From a virus, in the IMG/VR virus record IMGVR_UViG_3300031772_004865, positions 13,391-77,390 of that record: a stretch of DNA of 64,000 bases. One strand, 5' to 3'. Shown here piece by piece: positions 9,308 through 20,020 of this stretch. Position 1 is the first letter of the stretch. Every line of letters starts with the position of its first letter. The notes under the pieces are model-generated. The model had not been told where the DNA came from, made no database searches, and saw nothing but the letters and a program-made list of their open reading frames with translations. The position numbers were made by a program, and so were the translations under genes.

Positions 9308-10480
9308 TTATTCCTCCTGTTCGAATTCAATCCAATCTTTATACAAAGTTTCAATCTCAGAATTACTAGGTTTCCTAAATCCAAATTCATTATAAAAATT
9401 AGTTCTTACTTCCGTTTCTTCTGGTGCAGTTCCACTAATCTTTTTCTTTTCTAATCTGTAGCAAATTTCAAATCCTATCGGAAATGATTTATTTTTATCT
9501 CCTATTTTAAATTTATAAGTAGGCGCATCTGCCTTTGTGGCACGATATGTCTTAATAATAAGTGTCGCCCAATGAGCAAGTGCTTTACCACCACTTAATT
9601 TTTCTAATTTTATGTATCCTCCTAAATCCATTCTTGATTGTCCTATTAAAATAAAAGTTACATTACCTTTATAATTTCCTGAAGCATCCATTCTAAAAAA
9701 TTGACTTAAACGTCTTGCCAATAATGCCATTGTATCATCGCCTGTGCTTTTTTCTTCGCCTTTCTTGGTTTCCTGTTCACCTTCAGGAGAAAGAGATTGT
9801 ACTGAATCTAAAATTATTACATCGACTACCTTTTCTTTACTCATCTTAATTGCGGTATCTAATCCTTCTTCGGCATGGTCAAAATGACCAATTAATAATT
9901 TACTTCTATCTATTCCGCATTTATCTGCCCAAGAATTATCAAATGAAGTTTCCAAATCTAAATAAAGACAAGTCTTTCCTAATTTTTGAGCTTGAGCAAT
10001 CAAATAAAGTGCTGTAGTACTCTTTGTTGAACCTTTGTTTCCCCAAATAACAGAAAATGCTCCTGCAGGGAATCCAGTAATCATTTTATCTAATTCAGGT
10101 ATACCTGTAGGAATTCTTTCTCTTTCGGGTTCTTCAGAAGCAAAATGTATGATTTCATGTCCAAATTGTTTAGTTAATTCATTTATTGTTTTCTTTAGTT
10201 CAGGATTGATAGAAATTTCTTTTTCAGGCAAATTTGCATCACTTTGTTCCATTATTGGGTCTATTTCTTCTTTTTGGCTATCTTCTTTGCGACTTTTTAA
10301 TAATTTATGGCACAATGGAGGAGTTTTAATTAATTCTTTTTCCAAATTAATTCTTTCTAATTTACCTTCTTTGGCTTCTTGCAATCCTTTTTCTACTAAT
10401 TTTTTGGATTCCTTAGATAAAGGAATTATTTTATTCTTCTTTCCTTTTGCACCTTTAGTTCTACTCATTATTGCCTCCAA
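9308..10480 (-). CDS. recA: RecA/UvsX-like recombinase
   Basis: IPTGIPELD, Walker A variant GNKGSTKS, YLDLE, ILDSV, ARRLSQ, GGKALAH. Confidence 0.88.
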   Translation of the reverse strand: MEAIMSRTKGAKGKKNKIIPLSKESKKLVEKGLQEAKEGKLERINLEKELIKTPPLCHKLLKSRKEDSQKEEIDPIMEQSDANLPEKEISINPELKKTINELTKQFGHEIIHFASEEPERERIPTGIPELDKMITGFPAGAFSVIWGNKGSTKSTTALYLIAQAQKLGKTCLYLDLETSFDNSWADKCGIDRSKLLIGHFDHAEEGLDTAIKMSKEKVVDVIILDSVQSLSPEGEQETKKGEEKSTGDDTMALLARRLSQFFRMDASGNYKGNVTFILIGQSRMDLGGYIKLEKLSGGKALAHWATLIIKTYRATKADAPTYKFKIGDKNKSFPIGFEICYRLEKKKISGTAPEETEVRTNFYNEFGFRKPSNSEIETLYKDWIEFEQEE

Positions 10481-10887
10481 GAATTCTTCTGCATAAAATA
10501 TGATAGTTTCTTCCTTTTACATACTTATGACATCTTTTACAGGCAAGTTCATTTTCATCGGTATTATAAGTATTATGTCCTATTATTATGCAAACTAATT
10601 GCATAAAAGTATCTTCTAAAACATATCTTCTGCACCATTTATTAAATCTATATCTTAATGCATTTTCCCAACCTGCTTTAGTAAATAAATCATAACCTTC
10701 TCTACTTGGCATTTTCTAACTCCTTTTATTTAACATCTCTTCTATTACCTACTATTTTATTTCCTAAATATTTAATAACATCTGTAAGTTTTAATAATTT
10801 ATAATTACTAAACTTATTTAAATAGTATCCACTATACCAAATCAAATCTCCTATAAATATCCTTAATTTTAGCATTTTATTCCTCTC

Positions 10888-11223
10888 CTAATCCCAAAGG
10901 TTTCCCATGTATTTTATAAATAATTCCAATCCTTCTTGATATTCCTTTTTTTCTATTTCAGTTAAAATTCTCCCCTCATTTACCCAAATAAGATGTAATT
11001 TAAAAGCACGAATCATTTTATCTAATCTTTCATCTCGTTTTATTAGAGCAGTTTCATCATCGTATTTTTCGGCTAAATCAATAGGTATTCCATGTTGATA
11101 TTTTTTAAGATAAGTAATTCCTTCAGAAATTATTTCTGCTAAACAAATATCAAAATCCCAGGTATCTTCGTTAGCCCAACCTCTAATACCTCTTTGTATA
11201 AAATTACGTATTTTTCTAATCAT
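10888..11223 (-). CDS. Phage hypothetical protein
   Basis: RG..D.W..D..LA..I...GIP...LWD pattern familiar from phage proteins. Confidence 0.55.
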   Translation of the reverse strand: MIRKIRNFIQRGIRGWANEDTWDFDICLAEIISEGITYLKKYQHGIPIDLAEKYDDETALIKRDERLDKMIRAFKLHLIWVNEGRILTEIEKKEYQEGLELFIKYMGNLWD

Positions 11224-11555
11224 TTCTTCTCCTTTAATAATCTACAAAAATCAGCAAATGTTAGCATAATTAATTTGCCCTCTATCTCATTCTCTATAAC
11301 ATACAATGGTATTTTGGTACTATTCAAAGGAACTTGATTTAATAAATCCTGCCAAACTTTCTTACTAAAGAATTTTCCTTTATGATTCTTACATTCACTA
11401 TACACGTTTTTGGAAAGACAATCTCCTATTTCAGTATTCCTTTGTCCACCAGAAGAAGCCTTAGTAGGTCTTATAGGAGGATTTTCTTGAAAAATCTCCT
11501 GTAATTTTTCACAAACAAATTCTTCTAATTGTTTACCTTTTTCTTTATTAGTCAT
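11220..11555 (-). CDS. Hjc-like PD-(D/E)XK resolvase/nuclease
   Basis: KGKQLE, GD, ECKN, W, P. Confidence 0.7.
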   Translation of the reverse strand: MTNKEKGKQLEEFVCEKLQEIFQENPPIRPTKASSGGQRNTEIGDCLSKNVYSECKNHKGKFFSKKVWQDLLNQVPLNSTKIPLYVIENEIEGKLIMLTFADFCRLLKEKK

Positions 11556-11556
11556 T

Positions 11557-11889
11557 TTAAATTATCTTTTTTTTAGTTAGTTCTCTTCTTTCATCCATTC
11601 TTCTTAATATTTCAATCGGTAAATATTCGTTTAATAATGTGAATAAGTTTTCCAAATCTCCATGTCTGAATTGATTGGTATATCCACCTGGAAACTCTCT
11701 AACAACAGTAATATATCCATTTTTCCATTTTGTTAATCTAATATTTTTATTTCTATATATTTCAATTCTTTGTTCTCTATCTGAATATTTATAACATTCT
11801 TTAGAACAATATTTTCTATCTGGATTATCAGTAAAAAAGGTTTTTCCACATTTGATTCTTTTACATTTAATTGGAATTTTAATTTTCAT
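11557..11889 (-). CDS. Zn-finger hypothetical protein
   Basis: CxxxxCGK.F....KYCSKEC. Confidence 0.55.
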   Translation of the reverse strand: MKIKIPIKCKRIKCGKTFFTDNPDRKYCSKECYKYSDREQRIEIYRNKNIRLTKWKNGYITVVREFPGGYTNQFRHGDLENLFTLLNEYLPIEILRRMDERRELTKKKII

Positions 11890-13775
11890 TATATTGGATT
11901 ATTAGTTTCATTTAATTCTTTATTAAAAAAATTAAATTTACAATTTATTCGTTCCGTTTGATTATGTCCAAGAGGGTCTCGCATTTTATCTATAATCCAA
12001 TGACCTTCTATTCCATCACTAGGATTATTATATTGATACCTTGCAGCAAATGAAGCAAATGATTTAATTAAATTCACAGCAAAATAATCATCGTTTTCTT
12101 TTAATTGAGTAAAAACAATGAGGATTCCACCTTTACGCCTCATTTCATCAGCAAGATGTTTAAATACTGATTGTGTCATTGCAAAGTCTTCCCCTGTGTA
12201 CAACCAATCAATTATGGAAAAAGAATTAGGCACAATTTCTATTTGGGTAGGATTATCAATTGATTCTTTTGAAATATAATAATCTTTTTGAGTTAATCCT
12301 AATTTTTGAGCTATTTTTTCGTGTCTACTGCCTGATTCCAAAGAAATGTAATAAGGCATTATCTCATCATTTAATTTTTTGGCGTTTTCTTTAATTTTTT
12401 TGATAATATTCATAGCAATATGTGTTTTTCCTTTACCTGTTGCAGTTCCTAATAAAACAATATCTCCACTATGAAAATTAGCCACATTACTAAAATAAGG
12501 TATTTCGTATTTATATTCTGCAGAAAATTCTTGTGCCTCAGTAACCCATTCTATTTGTTGTTTTAGGTCATAACGACCTCTTCCTCTTCTAACTAATTTA
12601 CCTTCTTTATGTAATTTAGCTAAGTATTTATCTACAATTGCTCTTTTTAAATTAGTATGTTCCATTACATCTTTTGCAGAAATATCGCATTGCAATAATT
12701 TACAACATTCGTAAATCGCTTTTTCTTGAGTGGATTCTTCTGTTTCTTTATAACCTTCCAAACTTCCTATCATGCCTCTAATAGCATTTTGTGGCATGGG
12801 ATTTTCTAATAATTGAGTATTAAAAACACTTAAAGTAAATTCTACTTGCTCGGGAGTTAATTTATTAATAAGTATCCCCCCTAATTTAATAAAAGTATCA
12901 TTACAACATCCTATTAAATTATTATTTTTGAGTTTAGGTAATTCTCCTTTTTGTTGTGTCAAATCTTCTGACATTTTTTCTGTTTCTACCCTATCTACCT
13001 TATTGAGAAATAATAACTTAGATTTGACATTTTCAGGTACATTTTTTATGTCAGAACCAAGATTTACCCAAGTATAATTAAGATTATTAATCTTTGAAGG
13101 AGAACATAAAATTTGACCTCCATCATTCCTAATATCAATAGTAACTCCAGCAATTTTTGAGGTTTGTTTTATTTCTTTATCATACTTAAAAATAAAATGC
13201 TTTCCATGTGGGGTATTTTGAATTAATGTTTTTGATGCAGTTAATTCTTTATAAATTTCTTCGTATTCTCCCGAAGGAGCAACTTTTAAATCAGCATCTA
13301 TTACAGTAATTCCACTAACTTCTCCTGTTCTAATACCTAAATTAAGACCACCTTCTATCCACTTTAAAATCTCCGATTTATCTTTATGAGTTTTATTGGT
13401 CCAATCTTTTTCTAAAGGAATTTTTCCATTTTTAGCAATTGGAAGGAAAGACCAACCATATTTTTGATATAATTCTAACTCTGGATAATTATCTAATTTT
13501 AAAGAATTAATTAAAAAATCCATAACTTCTCCATCAGTCATTGGTTTATTTTCTAATAATCTAACAATATCGTATACATTTCCTTTCCAATTACATTGAA
13601 GACAATAAATCTTATTATCAGTTCCTGGAATAGTTGTGGCAGTTGGTGATTTTCCTTTATATTTATGTTGACCAATATTAGGACAAGTAAATAGGATTTG
13701 TCCTTTCTTTTGGGTCTTCTCAAATTCAGGAAGTTTAATTTTTAAATATTCTAAAAATTTAGTAAAATCAATCAT
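11889..13775 (-). CDS. Primase-polymerase (Prim-Pol) fused to P-loop helicase-like domain
   Basis: N-terminal Zn finger; NLGIRTG..SGITVIDAD, TPHGKHF, IDIR..GG; C-terminal GTATGKGKT, ISLE, IIDW. Confidence 0.85.
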   Translation of the reverse strand: MIDFTKFLEYLKIKLPEFEKTQKKGQILFTCPNIGQHKYKGKSPTATTIPGTDNKIYCLQCNWKGNVYDIVRLLENKPMTDGEVMDFLINSLKLDNYPELELYQKYGWSFLPIAKNGKIPLEKDWTNKTHKDKSEILKWIEGGLNLGIRTGEVSGITVIDADLKVAPSGEYEEIYKELTASKTLIQNTPHGKHFIFKYDKEIKQTSKIAGVTIDIRNDGGQILCSPSKINNLNYTWVNLGSDIKNVPENVKSKLLFLNKVDRVETEKMSEDLTQQKGELPKLKNNNLIGCCNDTFIKLGGILINKLTPEQVEFTLSVFNTQLLENPMPQNAIRGMIGSLEGYKETEESTQEKAIYECCKLLQCDISAKDVMEHTNLKRAIVDKYLAKLHKEGKLVRRGRGRYDLKQQIEWVTEAQEFSAEYKYEIPYFSNVANFHSGDIVLLGTATGKGKTHIAMNIIKKIKENAKKLNDEIMPYYISLESGSRHEKIAQKLGLTQKDYYISKESIDNPTQIEIVPNSFSIIDWLYTGEDFAMTQSVFKHLADEMRRKGGILIVFTQLKENDDYFAVNLIKSFASFAARYQYNNPSDGIEGHWIIDKMRDPLGHNQTERINCKFNFFNKELNETNNPI

Positions 13776-14437
13776 TATTTTGCTCCTTTACTCATATTTT
13801 CTTCAGCCCATAAGGGTTGGAGATTTTTCCAATTAAAACATTTATGCTGTTCGCTTAATTTAAATAAATCAAATAAAGCACATGGTTTAATATGGTCTAT
13901 GTGCCATTTACCCATGTTCTCCCACGTCATTCCTGTCTTAAATAGTTTCTGTAAATGTTGTTTTAAATGGTCAATAGAACAACCAATTAATTTCATAGTA
14001 ACTTCAGATTTAATATTTCTTTTTAATGCATACCAAATTCTACTTCTTAAAACACGTCTTAATTTAAAATTAATATCGGTTTTCATTCTATTTTTTATAT
14101 AACGATTAAATTCTTTTTTATGTTTATTTTGATAAATTTTTTGTTGTTCTAAAAGTTTTTTTCTATGAATTTTATAATATAATTTACTTCGTTTTTTATT
14201 ATATTCTTTTCTGTATTCATTAAAACATTCCTCAGAACAAAATTTTTGATTACCATTGTAAAGAATGAATTCTTTTTTGCAAATTAAACAAAATTTAAAT
14301 TGTTTGGGTCTTGGTAAATATTGTTGTTTTATACATTCTCTACATCGACAAGTTAATCTATCTTTCTGATTTTTATCGCAATAGAATTCTTCTATAGATT
14401 TTATAATTTTACATTTACTACAAATTTTATTTTTCAT
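13775..14437 (-). CDS. Free-standing HNH endonuclease
   Basis: N-terminal CxxC modules; GMTWEN.GKWHIDHIKP...NLQPLWAEEN. Confidence 0.8.
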   Translation of the reverse strand: MKNKICSKCKIIKSIEEFYCDKNQKDRLTCRCRECIKQQYLPRPKQFKFCLICKKEFILYNGNQKFCSEECFNEYRKEYNKKRSKLYYKIHRKKLLEQQKIYQNKHKKEFNRYIKNRMKTDINFKLRRVLRSRIWYALKRNIKSEVTMKLIGCSIDHLKQHLQKLFKTGMTWENMGKWHIDHIKPCALFDLFKLSEQHKCFNWKNLQPLWAEENMSKGAK

Positions 14438-14443
14438 GTTACC

Positions 14444-15010
14444 TTATTCTGCTCTTAACCAGTCTAAAAATAAATCTGCAATTAATTTAGTAACTTCTGC
14501 CAATGCCTCTGGAGATTTATCTTCTAATTGAATAGTTGAATTGCTTACTACCGCAGCAGCAGCATTTAAAGCATTACCACGTTGAATTTGTGCAGTTTTC
14601 TCAGGATTATTATAATTTCCAGGAGTCCAAGTTGTTCTTTCTTTGCCTGTATCTTTTTCATCAATTACTTGTGTTTGTGCAGGATTCTTTTTATTACACA
14701 TAAAACATTTTTTATACTTCCCATCTTTTAATTCTGCACCGCAATCTGTACAATTAAATCCAGTTGCAGTTTTAGTTTCTTCTTTTTTCTGTTCGAATTT
14801 AACTTTTTCTATTTTAGAAACATTACGAAATACTCCATTCTTCACAAAAGTAATTTCAACTGTATCTCCTTTTTCTACCTTAGCCAAATCATCAAGAATT
14901 TCCTTATTAGTAGTATACCATTGGTCTTTGTCTCCTGCAATTTTGAATCCTTTTTTATTTGTTGCTTTGTAATCTATTACTACTGTAAGTGTTTCTGTTT
15001 TTTTCTCCAT
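14444..15010 (-). CDS. Putative ssDNA-binding protein (OB-fold plus Zn ribbon)
   Basis: Beta-rich N terminus with KGDTVEI; CxxC..CxxC; replication context. Confidence 0.45.
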   Translation of the reverse strand: MEKKTETLTVVIDYKATNKKGFKIAGDKDQWYTTNKEILDDLAKVEKGDTVEITFVKNGVFRNVSKIEKVKFEQKKEETKTATGFNCTDCGAELKDGKYKKCFMCNKKNPAQTQVIDEKDTGKERTTWTPGNYNNPEKTAQIQRGNALNAAAAVVSNSTIQLEDKSPEALAEVTKLIADLFLDWLRAE

Positions 15011-15365
15011 TTATTCCTCCCTTAAATTAATATCAAATTCTTTTGACAATTTAACTATCTTACCTACTACCTCTGTAGTAAATTCATCTATATGGAAATA
15101 AATTTCTCCATCTAAAGGTTTACCAGAAATAACCAGATAAACTTCATTATCATTATCTTTTACTATCTTTGCTTTGTTCATAAATTCCTCCTATTTAATT
15201 GTATCACATCCAAAAGCCATTCCTTTATAAATATGATAATAATAATTTTCTTTATAAATTCCAGTTCCTCCACAAATCTTACATTCACTTTGAGGAATAG
15301 GTTTACCTCCAATCTTAGAACAACAATAACAAGAATATTTTAACACTTTTTTAATTACTTTTAAT

Positions 15366-16106
15366 TTATTCATTTAATTTATAAAGTTTTCTAATTTCCT
15401 CTCTTATTGAATTAAAAGGTATCTTACTAATATAGAGATTCTTTGGCATCAATTTATCCAATTCTTCTTTAATTGGTTGTTCGATTTCTTGAGGTAATTG
15501 TGTTAGGTCAACAATTCTCTTTCTAATTTCAAATTCTGCTTCAGACGAAGGTTTGGTAAGTAAATTATCTGAAATATCTCCTTGAATCTTCTCAAGTAAA
15601 ATTTTCATAGGAGTTTTTATATCTTTAAATTTTTTAGAAATTGGAGACCAAATTTTTGTATTAGGAAAAATTGCTAATTGTTCTAAATCTCTATCGCTTG
15701 AGCAAATAACAATTTCTTTATCCTTATAATATCTACAAGCAACTGAAATAATATCATCCGCTTCAGAACCCCAAATCCTTACCCAATGAAACGATAAAGA
15801 TTGTTCTAATTTAGGAATGTAATTATTAAAATTTTCATATCGTTGATGCCACCATTCTGCACTTTCCTTTTCTTCACGTAAATCTTTTCTTTGTGCTTTA
15901 TAGGAATGGTCAAGAGATTTGCGCCAACTTTTTCCGAAATCACATGCCATTATTATTATATCTTCCAAATCAATTTGTAATTTTTTGAGGTCTCCAATAA
16001 GCATACGAGTAAATGTATAAACTTCTGGTACTTGTTGAGTTTTTCGATAAGAAAAAATAGCTCGATGCATATAAAACCCTATATCCATTAAAATTACTTT
16101 ATTCAT
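15366..16106 (-). CDS. 5'-3' exonuclease / T4 RNase H-like flap nuclease
   Basis: ILMD, SWRK...YKAQR, EADDII, SSDRDL.QL, GD.SDN. Confidence 0.88.
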   Translation of the reverse strand: MNKVILMDIGFYMHRAIFSYRKTQQVPEVYTFTRMLIGDLKKLQIDLEDIIIMACDFGKSWRKSLDHSYKAQRKDLREEKESAEWWHQRYENFNNYIPKLEQSLSFHWVRIWGSEADDIISVACRYYKDKEIVICSSDRDLEQLAIFPNTKIWSPISKKFKDIKTPMKILLEKIQGDISDNLLTKPSSEAEFEIRKRIVDLTQLPQEIEQPIKEELDKLMPKNLYISKIPFNSIREEIRKLYKLNE

Positions 16107-16800
16107 TTTTGGTATCTCTTTCTTTTATATTACATGGTTTGCAAGTTGTAAATAAATTATTCTTTCTACAATCTTTTCTATTCCTATTTTTATGATGTAC
16201 TTCTAAATTTCTTCCATATTTTTTAAAATGTTCTTTTTTAGTCATACCACAAATAACACATTTATTGTGGTCTCTTTGACGAATTTCTTCTCTTAATTTA
16301 ATAGTAAATTTTGAAGAATAAGGTTCAGTTCCTTTTCCATCTTTATATTGAGGATGATTTTTACCAGAATTGTTCATTATTCCAGTTTTGTATCTTCGTT
16401 TATTCTCACAAGAATGACATCGTTTAACATTATAATTAGTTAATTGTTTACCACAATCTATACACTTCGGTTTTCCACCTTTAAAATTTCCGTTATTTTT
16501 ACCTATTAATTTTATTCCAAACATACCATTCTTTTTACCTACATTTATTTCTTTTTCAATTAGAGTTCTACTTATCTTATCTTTAGTTATTTTAGTATGA
16601 TGTTTTCCTTTATTCCAAGGAATCCATCCTATTTTACCTTTCATTGGATTGCTATTTGGATTTATTTTATATTGATAAATTCTTGCATGATGGCGACATC
16701 TTTTTGAAGTATAGTCTTTTAATTCTATTCCACAGTCAATACAATGAGGCAAATGTTTTTCTTTTCCTATTACTTTTTTCTTTTTCATTTTATCCTTCAA
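16099..16800 (-). CDS. Zn-ribbon/NUMOD-array HNH endonuclease
   Basis: CIDC..KRC repeats, PWNKGK motif, IRQRD..C..CGM...VHH...N..T.C..CN. Confidence 0.8.
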   Translation of the reverse strand: MKDKMKKKKVIGKEKHLPHCIDCGIELKDYTSKRCRHHARIYQYKINPNSNPMKGKIGWIPWNKGKHHTKITKDKISRTLIEKEINVGKKNGMFGIKLIGKNNGNFKGGKPKCIDCGKQLTNYNVKRCHSCENKRRYKTGIMNNSGKNHPQYKDGKGTEPYSSKFTIKLREEIRQRDHNKCVICGMTKKEHFKKYGRNLEVHHKNRNRKDCRKNNLFTTCKPCNIKERDTKNE

Positions 16801-16963
16801 TTTCTATAGAATTAACAATACACATTTTCTTCTCTATTTCCCATTTAATTATATGTACTAATTCTGCTAATTCATTTTCAGATAACAAACCTTGTCTATA
16901 ATTAACTCTAATTTTTAGAGTTTTAATAAATTTTTCTTTTCCTTCAAATTTTATAATCATTTT

Positions 16964-17422
16964 TTATCCTTGTGGCGGTATCGGTTTCTTCAAATAATTT
17001 AATTGTGATTGAACTGTCATGATTTTTTGTCCACAAACTTTACTATAAGCAGCAAATAAATTCGCAGTCCTTAAATAATCTAAATTATTTACTTTGGACA
17101 TAGCTTTTGCTACTTCATCTGTCGGAGATTTCTTTCCACCTTTACCGTCATCTACTAAATTATTTTTGGCATTTAATAATTCCCTTGCTTCATTTACTTC
17201 TGAATAAGCATCTGCAATCAATGAAATGATAGTTACTTCACTATGTAGCCCCGTTAATACATTTAGGGCGACTTTTAAATCTGCTTCTTCGGTTAATTGA
17301 TTTCCTTTAAATTGTGATTGATAATCTTCGATAGTATCGATGGTATCTTTAATTGTAATCATCAATTTATTAATTCCTTCAATTCCTTCTTCAAAATAAT
17401 TTTTTAGGTCTTCATAACGCAT
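16964..17422 (-). CDS. Helical hypothetical protein (possibly UvsY-like mediator)
   Basis: All-helical character and position only. Confidence 0.3.
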   Translation of the reverse strand: MRYEDLKNYFEEGIEGINKLMITIKDTIDTIEDYQSQFKGNQLTEEADLKVALNVLTGLHSEVTIISLIADAYSEVNEARELLNAKNNLVDDGKGGKKSPTDEVAKAMSKVNNLDYLRTANLFAAYSKVCGQKIMTVQSQLNYLKKPIPPQG

Positions 17423-17847
17423 TATTTACCTCCTGTAATTATAAAATCTCTTTCTTCTTTTTTTAAATAATTAGGTAAATCATTTAATTCTTTAGGAAGT
17501 AATCCTCGTTCAATTAATTCTTCTGTATGTATCATTGCTCCTACATTCCAAATCGCAGCAGCCAAATGGTCTTCATCTCTCTGTCCTTCTAAATGCTTAT
17601 AAAGATGTCTTACTGCACTATCAAAATAACGAGATAATGGTTGACCTTTTTCCCAATTTCTATCTCCATACTTAACTGCTCCATTCTCAAAATGTTTAGC
17701 TAATCTTTGAAGCATAAGAGGACTAATTAAATCATATCTACCTTTTCCAATATTGGTATCCCTCACGCTACCAGTCTTGAATTCTTGCCTTTTTCCTGAA
17801 TCTTTTACTTTATCAAATTTAGGCATGTGTCTCCTTATATTTTTCAC
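17422..17847 (-). CDS. dATP/dGTP diphosphohydrolase-like (DUF5664)
   Basis: F.TG.VRD...GK.RYDLI, GAVKYGDRNWEKG, SA.RHL, EDHLAA..WN. Confidence 0.82.
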   Translation of the reverse strand: MKNIRRHMPKFDKVKDSGKRQEFKTGSVRDTNIGKGRYDLISPLMLQRLAKHFENGAVKYGDRNWEKGQPLSRYFDSAVRHLYKHLEGQRDEDHLAAAIWNVGAMIHTEELIERGLLPKELNDLPNYLKKEERDFIITGGK

Positions 17848-17991
17848 AATTTTTGCATAATATTATAATATTTCTATCAAATTTATCTTTTCTTATTCTT
17901 AATAATTTTTTAAATTTCATACACTTCCGATTTAAAGAATTAAAAAATCTACAAAATGAACTTGGGTCTCCTTCAATAGCACAAAATAACA

Positions 17992-18636
17992 TTATTTTTT
18001 CTCCTCTATTTTTTCTTCTTTAATTTCTTTTAATTTATACTTATCTCGAATGAACGTACATGCCTCATTAATACTGTAGAAAATTTCGCCCCCAGATTTC
18101 ATAACTTCATCAATTAATGTAGAATTTTCTTCTGTTTTAGGATGGTCTGGAAGAATTAAATAAATTGGTATATTAAATAGATAACATGTATGCACTTCAT
18201 TTAATGTTCCTACGGTTTTTACATCTTTCGGATAATAAACAATAATAAAATCTGACCTAACTGTTGCCTCATAATCTCCCCAATACTGAAAATCAGTTAA
18301 ATAATTTCCTTCTAATCTTGCTTTTTCATAAAGATAAATAAGTAATCTAATTTTATCTAATTTAAGAGTATCTATTTTTCCCCACCAAATCTTACTCATT
18401 TCTGTTGCAAAAATATCCCAATGTCCACCCTGTTTTAATCCAGTAATGTATTCAACTTGTTTACCTGATTCTTTACCTACTTTATTGGATTCCTGGTCAA
18501 CAGGGTCATAGATTCCTAAATCAAAGGAAGTCAATTTTTCTGCAACTTCTTTTCTCCAAGATTTCATTTCTTTATTAGAAACAGATTCAATTGCTCCAGC
18601 CAAGTACGAAGTATATTTTAATCTTTTATTTTCCAT
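17992..18636 (-). CDS. Nucleoside 2-deoxyribosyltransferase-like / nucleotide N-hydrolase
   Basis: YLAGAI, WR, YDP, SDFIIV, GT..E, IPIY. Confidence 0.7.
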   Translation of the reverse strand: MENKRLKYTSYLAGAIESVSNKEMKSWRKEVAEKLTSFDLGIYDPVDQESNKVGKESGKQVEYITGLKQGGHWDIFATEMSKIWWGKIDTLKLDKIRLLIYLYEKARLEGNYLTDFQYWGDYEATVRSDFIIVYYPKDVKTVGTLNEVHTCYLFNIPIYLILPDHPKTEENSTLIDEVMKSGGEIFYSINEACTFIRDKYKLKEIKEEKIEEKK

Positions 18637-18839
18637 TTTTTATCCTATTTTTGTTTTAATTTTGATAGTATCTCTAAATTTTTTATAATGTAATTGTTTT
18701 CTTCTAATCCAAAGACCACATATATCATTAGGAGAGGTATAAATATCTGTATTTCCTCTACTGTGTATTTGACATAAACAATTATCTTCTAATTTCTTAT
18801 ATTTTTTCCAGTATTTGCAGGTATTGCAAGTTTTTCTCA

Positions 18840-19715
18840 TTAATAATTAACTCCTTCTAAAAAATTTCTAATAGTAAGTAAATCTATTGCTAATCCTAAT
18901 GAACTTTCGGGAACAAATTTTGGTTCGGGAATAGGTTCTGGTTTTTTCTTTGCTACACTATAACCCATTACATTACTTGGTACTCCAATTAATTCTCCTT
19001 TTGAATTATAAAGTCCACCCCCTGAATTTCCGTAGGTAGTCGTGTTATCACTAATATAATATCCATCTTGTTTATTGCAAATTATTCCTTTTGAAATCGT
19101 TCTCCAAATTCCTAATGGACTTCCTATGGAATAAACTGTATCTCCTTTTTGTGGTTCTATTTCTGCTAAATTAACTACGGTTAAATTCTCATCTACTATA
19201 AAAATTTCTAATAATGCTAAATCATGTTCTTCATCTGTTTTTATGATTTGAGCACCATAAGCGGTCATTCCTGCAATAGAATTTCTTTCGTCTTTTTTAG
19301 AATAAGCAACTGTAACCCCCAATGATATTCCAATTTTATTTAATTTATCTATTTCAGCAATTACATGATAACACGTTAGAATATACATTCTATTTTCTGT
19401 TTTCTTTATTACTGTTCCTGCGCCTTCTCCACGAAAAGTACTTACAGATACATCGCTATTTAATAATTTAATTAGGTCGGGTTGTTCGATTTTATTGGTT
19501 TGAATTTGACCTAATAATTCAGTCTCATTATTAATAAGTTGATTATAACTATAATTTAAAAAAGTAATTTCACTTTCCAAAGAACTAACAGTATTAATCA
19601 TATCCAATCTTAAACTTACCAATCCAATAACTAACCCAATTAAAGTACCAACTAAAACTACTCCTAATGTTATTCTTATTACTATTCTTGCTATTTTCAA
19701 TAATAATTTAATCAT
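18840..19715 (-). CDS. Membrane-anchored trypsin-like serine protease
   Basis: N-terminal TM; ILTCYHV, DLALL, GNSGGGL catalytic triad. Confidence 0.88.
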   Translation of the reverse strand: MIKLLLKIARIVIRITLGVVLVGTLIGLVIGLVSLRLDMINTVSSLESEITFLNYSYNQLINNETELLGQIQTNKIEQPDLIKLLNSDVSVSTFRGEGAGTVIKKTENRMYILTCYHVIAEIDKLNKIGISLGVTVAYSKKDERNSIAGMTAYGAQIIKTDEEHDLALLEIFIVDENLTVVNLAEIEPQKGDTVYSIGSPLGIWRTISKGIICNKQDGYYISDNTTTYGNSGGGLYNSKGELIGVPSNVMGYSVAKKKPEPIPEPKFVPESSLGLAIDLLTIRNFLEGVNY

Positions 19716-20020
19716 TACTTTCCTCCTGTAATTATATCATTTCTTGGATTTTCTTTTGCATATTCTGAAACTACAAATCTTAATAAACATTTTAATTCAC
19801 AAAAATGATAGACTTCATTATCAAGTTCACTACCAAATCCAAAAGAAATAGTAATGGGAATTCCTAGATGTTTAGTGATAAGATTATCACCACAGGTATC
19901 ACATTTAAATATTTTCATTTCTTCTCCTCTACTTTACAACTATCAGTTTCCTTATCATAACCTTTACATAATACACAAACTCATTTTGTTCCACATAACA
20001 ATCTCTTATCCAGCAGTATA

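Noticed and set aside
17422-17847. 2-aminoadenine (Z) genome
   Set aside because: No PurZ-like gene in the window; the diphosphohydrolase alone is not diagnostic
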